Source: Mobula hypostoma
Taxonomy: Eukaryota
Length of the DNA: 64,000 nt
Reading direction: 5' to 3'
Assembly (NCBI RefSeq): GCF_963921235.1
Contig: NC_086097.1
Coordinates: forward strand, 198,960,001-199,024,000
The notes under the pieces were generated by a model. That model did no database searches. It saw only the letters and a program-made list of their open reading frames with translations, and was not told where the DNA came from. The position numbers were made by a program, and so were the translations under genes. Below are positions 62,645 through 64,000 of the stretch, piece after piece (the first letter of the stretch is position 1; every line of letters begins with the position of its first letter).

Positions 62645-64000
62645 TGTCAAGTCAAAGCTAATGTAAAAGCATAAGAGATGGGATACAATAAAGCAAAAAT
62701 TAGCGGGAAGATAGAGGATTGGGAAGCTTTTAAAATTTTACAGAAAGCAGCTGAAAGAATCATTAGGAGGGAAAAGATGAAATATGAAAGCAAGCTAGCA
62801 AACAATATCACCATGGATAGAAAAAGCTTTTTAAGTATTAAAAAATAAAAGAGAGATGAGAGTGGATATAGGAGTGCTAGAAAATGATGCCAGAGCAATA
62901 ATAGCAGGGGACAAGGAGTTGGTAGACGAACTAAATGAGTATTTTGCATCAATTTTCACTGTGGAAGACAATAGCAGTGTGCCAGTTGTTGAGGAGTGAG
63001 AGGGAAGAGAAGTGAGTGCATTACTATTACAAGGGTGATCACAAAGCTGAAAGACCTTAAGGTGCATAAGCCACTCGGACCAGATGAACTGAACTCTCGG
63101 GTCCGAAAGAGGTAGCTGTAGAGATTGTGGAGGCATTAGTAATGATCTTTCAAAAATCATTGGACTCGAGGATGGGTCCAGAGGACTGAAAATTTGCAAA
63201 TATCACTCATCTCTTTTAGAAAGAAGGAAAACAGTCCTAAGGAAACTATAGACCGGTTAGCCTGACCTCAGTGGTTGGGAAGATGCTGGAGGCAATTGTT
63301 AAGGATGAGGTTATGGAGTACTTCGTGACACAGGACAAAATAGGACAAAGTCAACATTATTTCTATAAGGGAAAATCCTGCCTGACAAACCTGTTGGAAT
63401 TCTTTGAGGAGATTACAAGTAGGATAGATAAAGGGGATGCAGTGGATGTTGTATATTTGGATTTTCAGAAGGCTTTTGACAAGGTGTCACACATGAGGCT
63501 GCTTACCAAGTTAAGAGTCCATGCTATTACGGGAAAGCTGCGAGCATGGTTAGAGGATTGGCTGATTGGTAGAAGGTAGCGAGTAGGAATAAAAGGACCT
63601 TTTTAGGTGTGCTGCCAGTGACTGCCAGGTGTGCAGGAGGTGGTGTTGGGACCGCTTCTTTTTATTCTGTATATCAATGACTTAGATGGTGGAATAGATG
63701 GCTTTGTTGCCAAGTTTGCATATGATATGAAGATCAGTGAAGGGGTAGATAGTGTTGAGGAAACAGGAATGACTGAGACAGATTAGGAGAATGGGCAAGA
63801 GAGTGGCAAGTGAAATACAATGTTGGAAAATGCATGGTCATGCACTTTGGTAGAAGAAATAAATGTGCAGACTATTTTCTAAATAGGGAGAAAATCCAAA
63901 AATCTGAGATGCAAAAGGGTCTTGGGAGGCCTTGTGCAAAACACCCTAAAGTTTAACTTGTAGGTTGAGTTAGTGGTGAGGAAGGCAATATCAGCATTCA
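62645..64000 (+). mobile_element. Degraded CR1 ORF2, runs off the window
   Basis: VGKMLEAIVKDEV...GKSCLTNLLEFFEEITSRIDKG...DFQKAFDKV; similar to 18241-18834. Confidence 0.9.

Noticed and set aside
1..64000. Prokaryotic systems (CRISPR arrays, retrons, operons)
   Set aside because: The window is spliced vertebrate DNA; all RT sequences belong to eukaryotic non-LTR or Penelope-like elements and no repeat-spacer array is visible.

Overview
Eukaryotic (vertebrate) genomic DNA, most likely a cartilaginous fish judging by the repeat content (inference). The only host gene is adenylate cyclase type 8 (ADCY8) on the minus strand: six internal exons (271, 198, 101, 202, 90 and 173 bp, equivalent to mammalian exons ~7-12) with GT-AG boundaries that splice into one open frame; the gene runs off both ends of the window. 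The introns are filled with retroelements: many CR1 LINEs (two young copies, one near-full-length copy split by four nested insertions), Rex1/Babar and RTE fragments, two clades of Penelope-like elements (PLEs), tRNA-derived/V-type SINEs, two solo LTRs with 5-bp TSDs and a Tc1/mariner-type MITE. The most notable signals are self-cleaving RNA motifs read by eye: an HDV-like ribozyme fold starting exactly at the 5' end of a ~560-bp non-coding retroposon, with an atypical hairpin inserted in loop L3 (52402-52584), and minimal hammerhead motifs in the PLE terminal repeats. Exon boundaries and TSDs were counted from the sequence; most repeat boundaries are approximate and family names come from motif recognition, not database searches.
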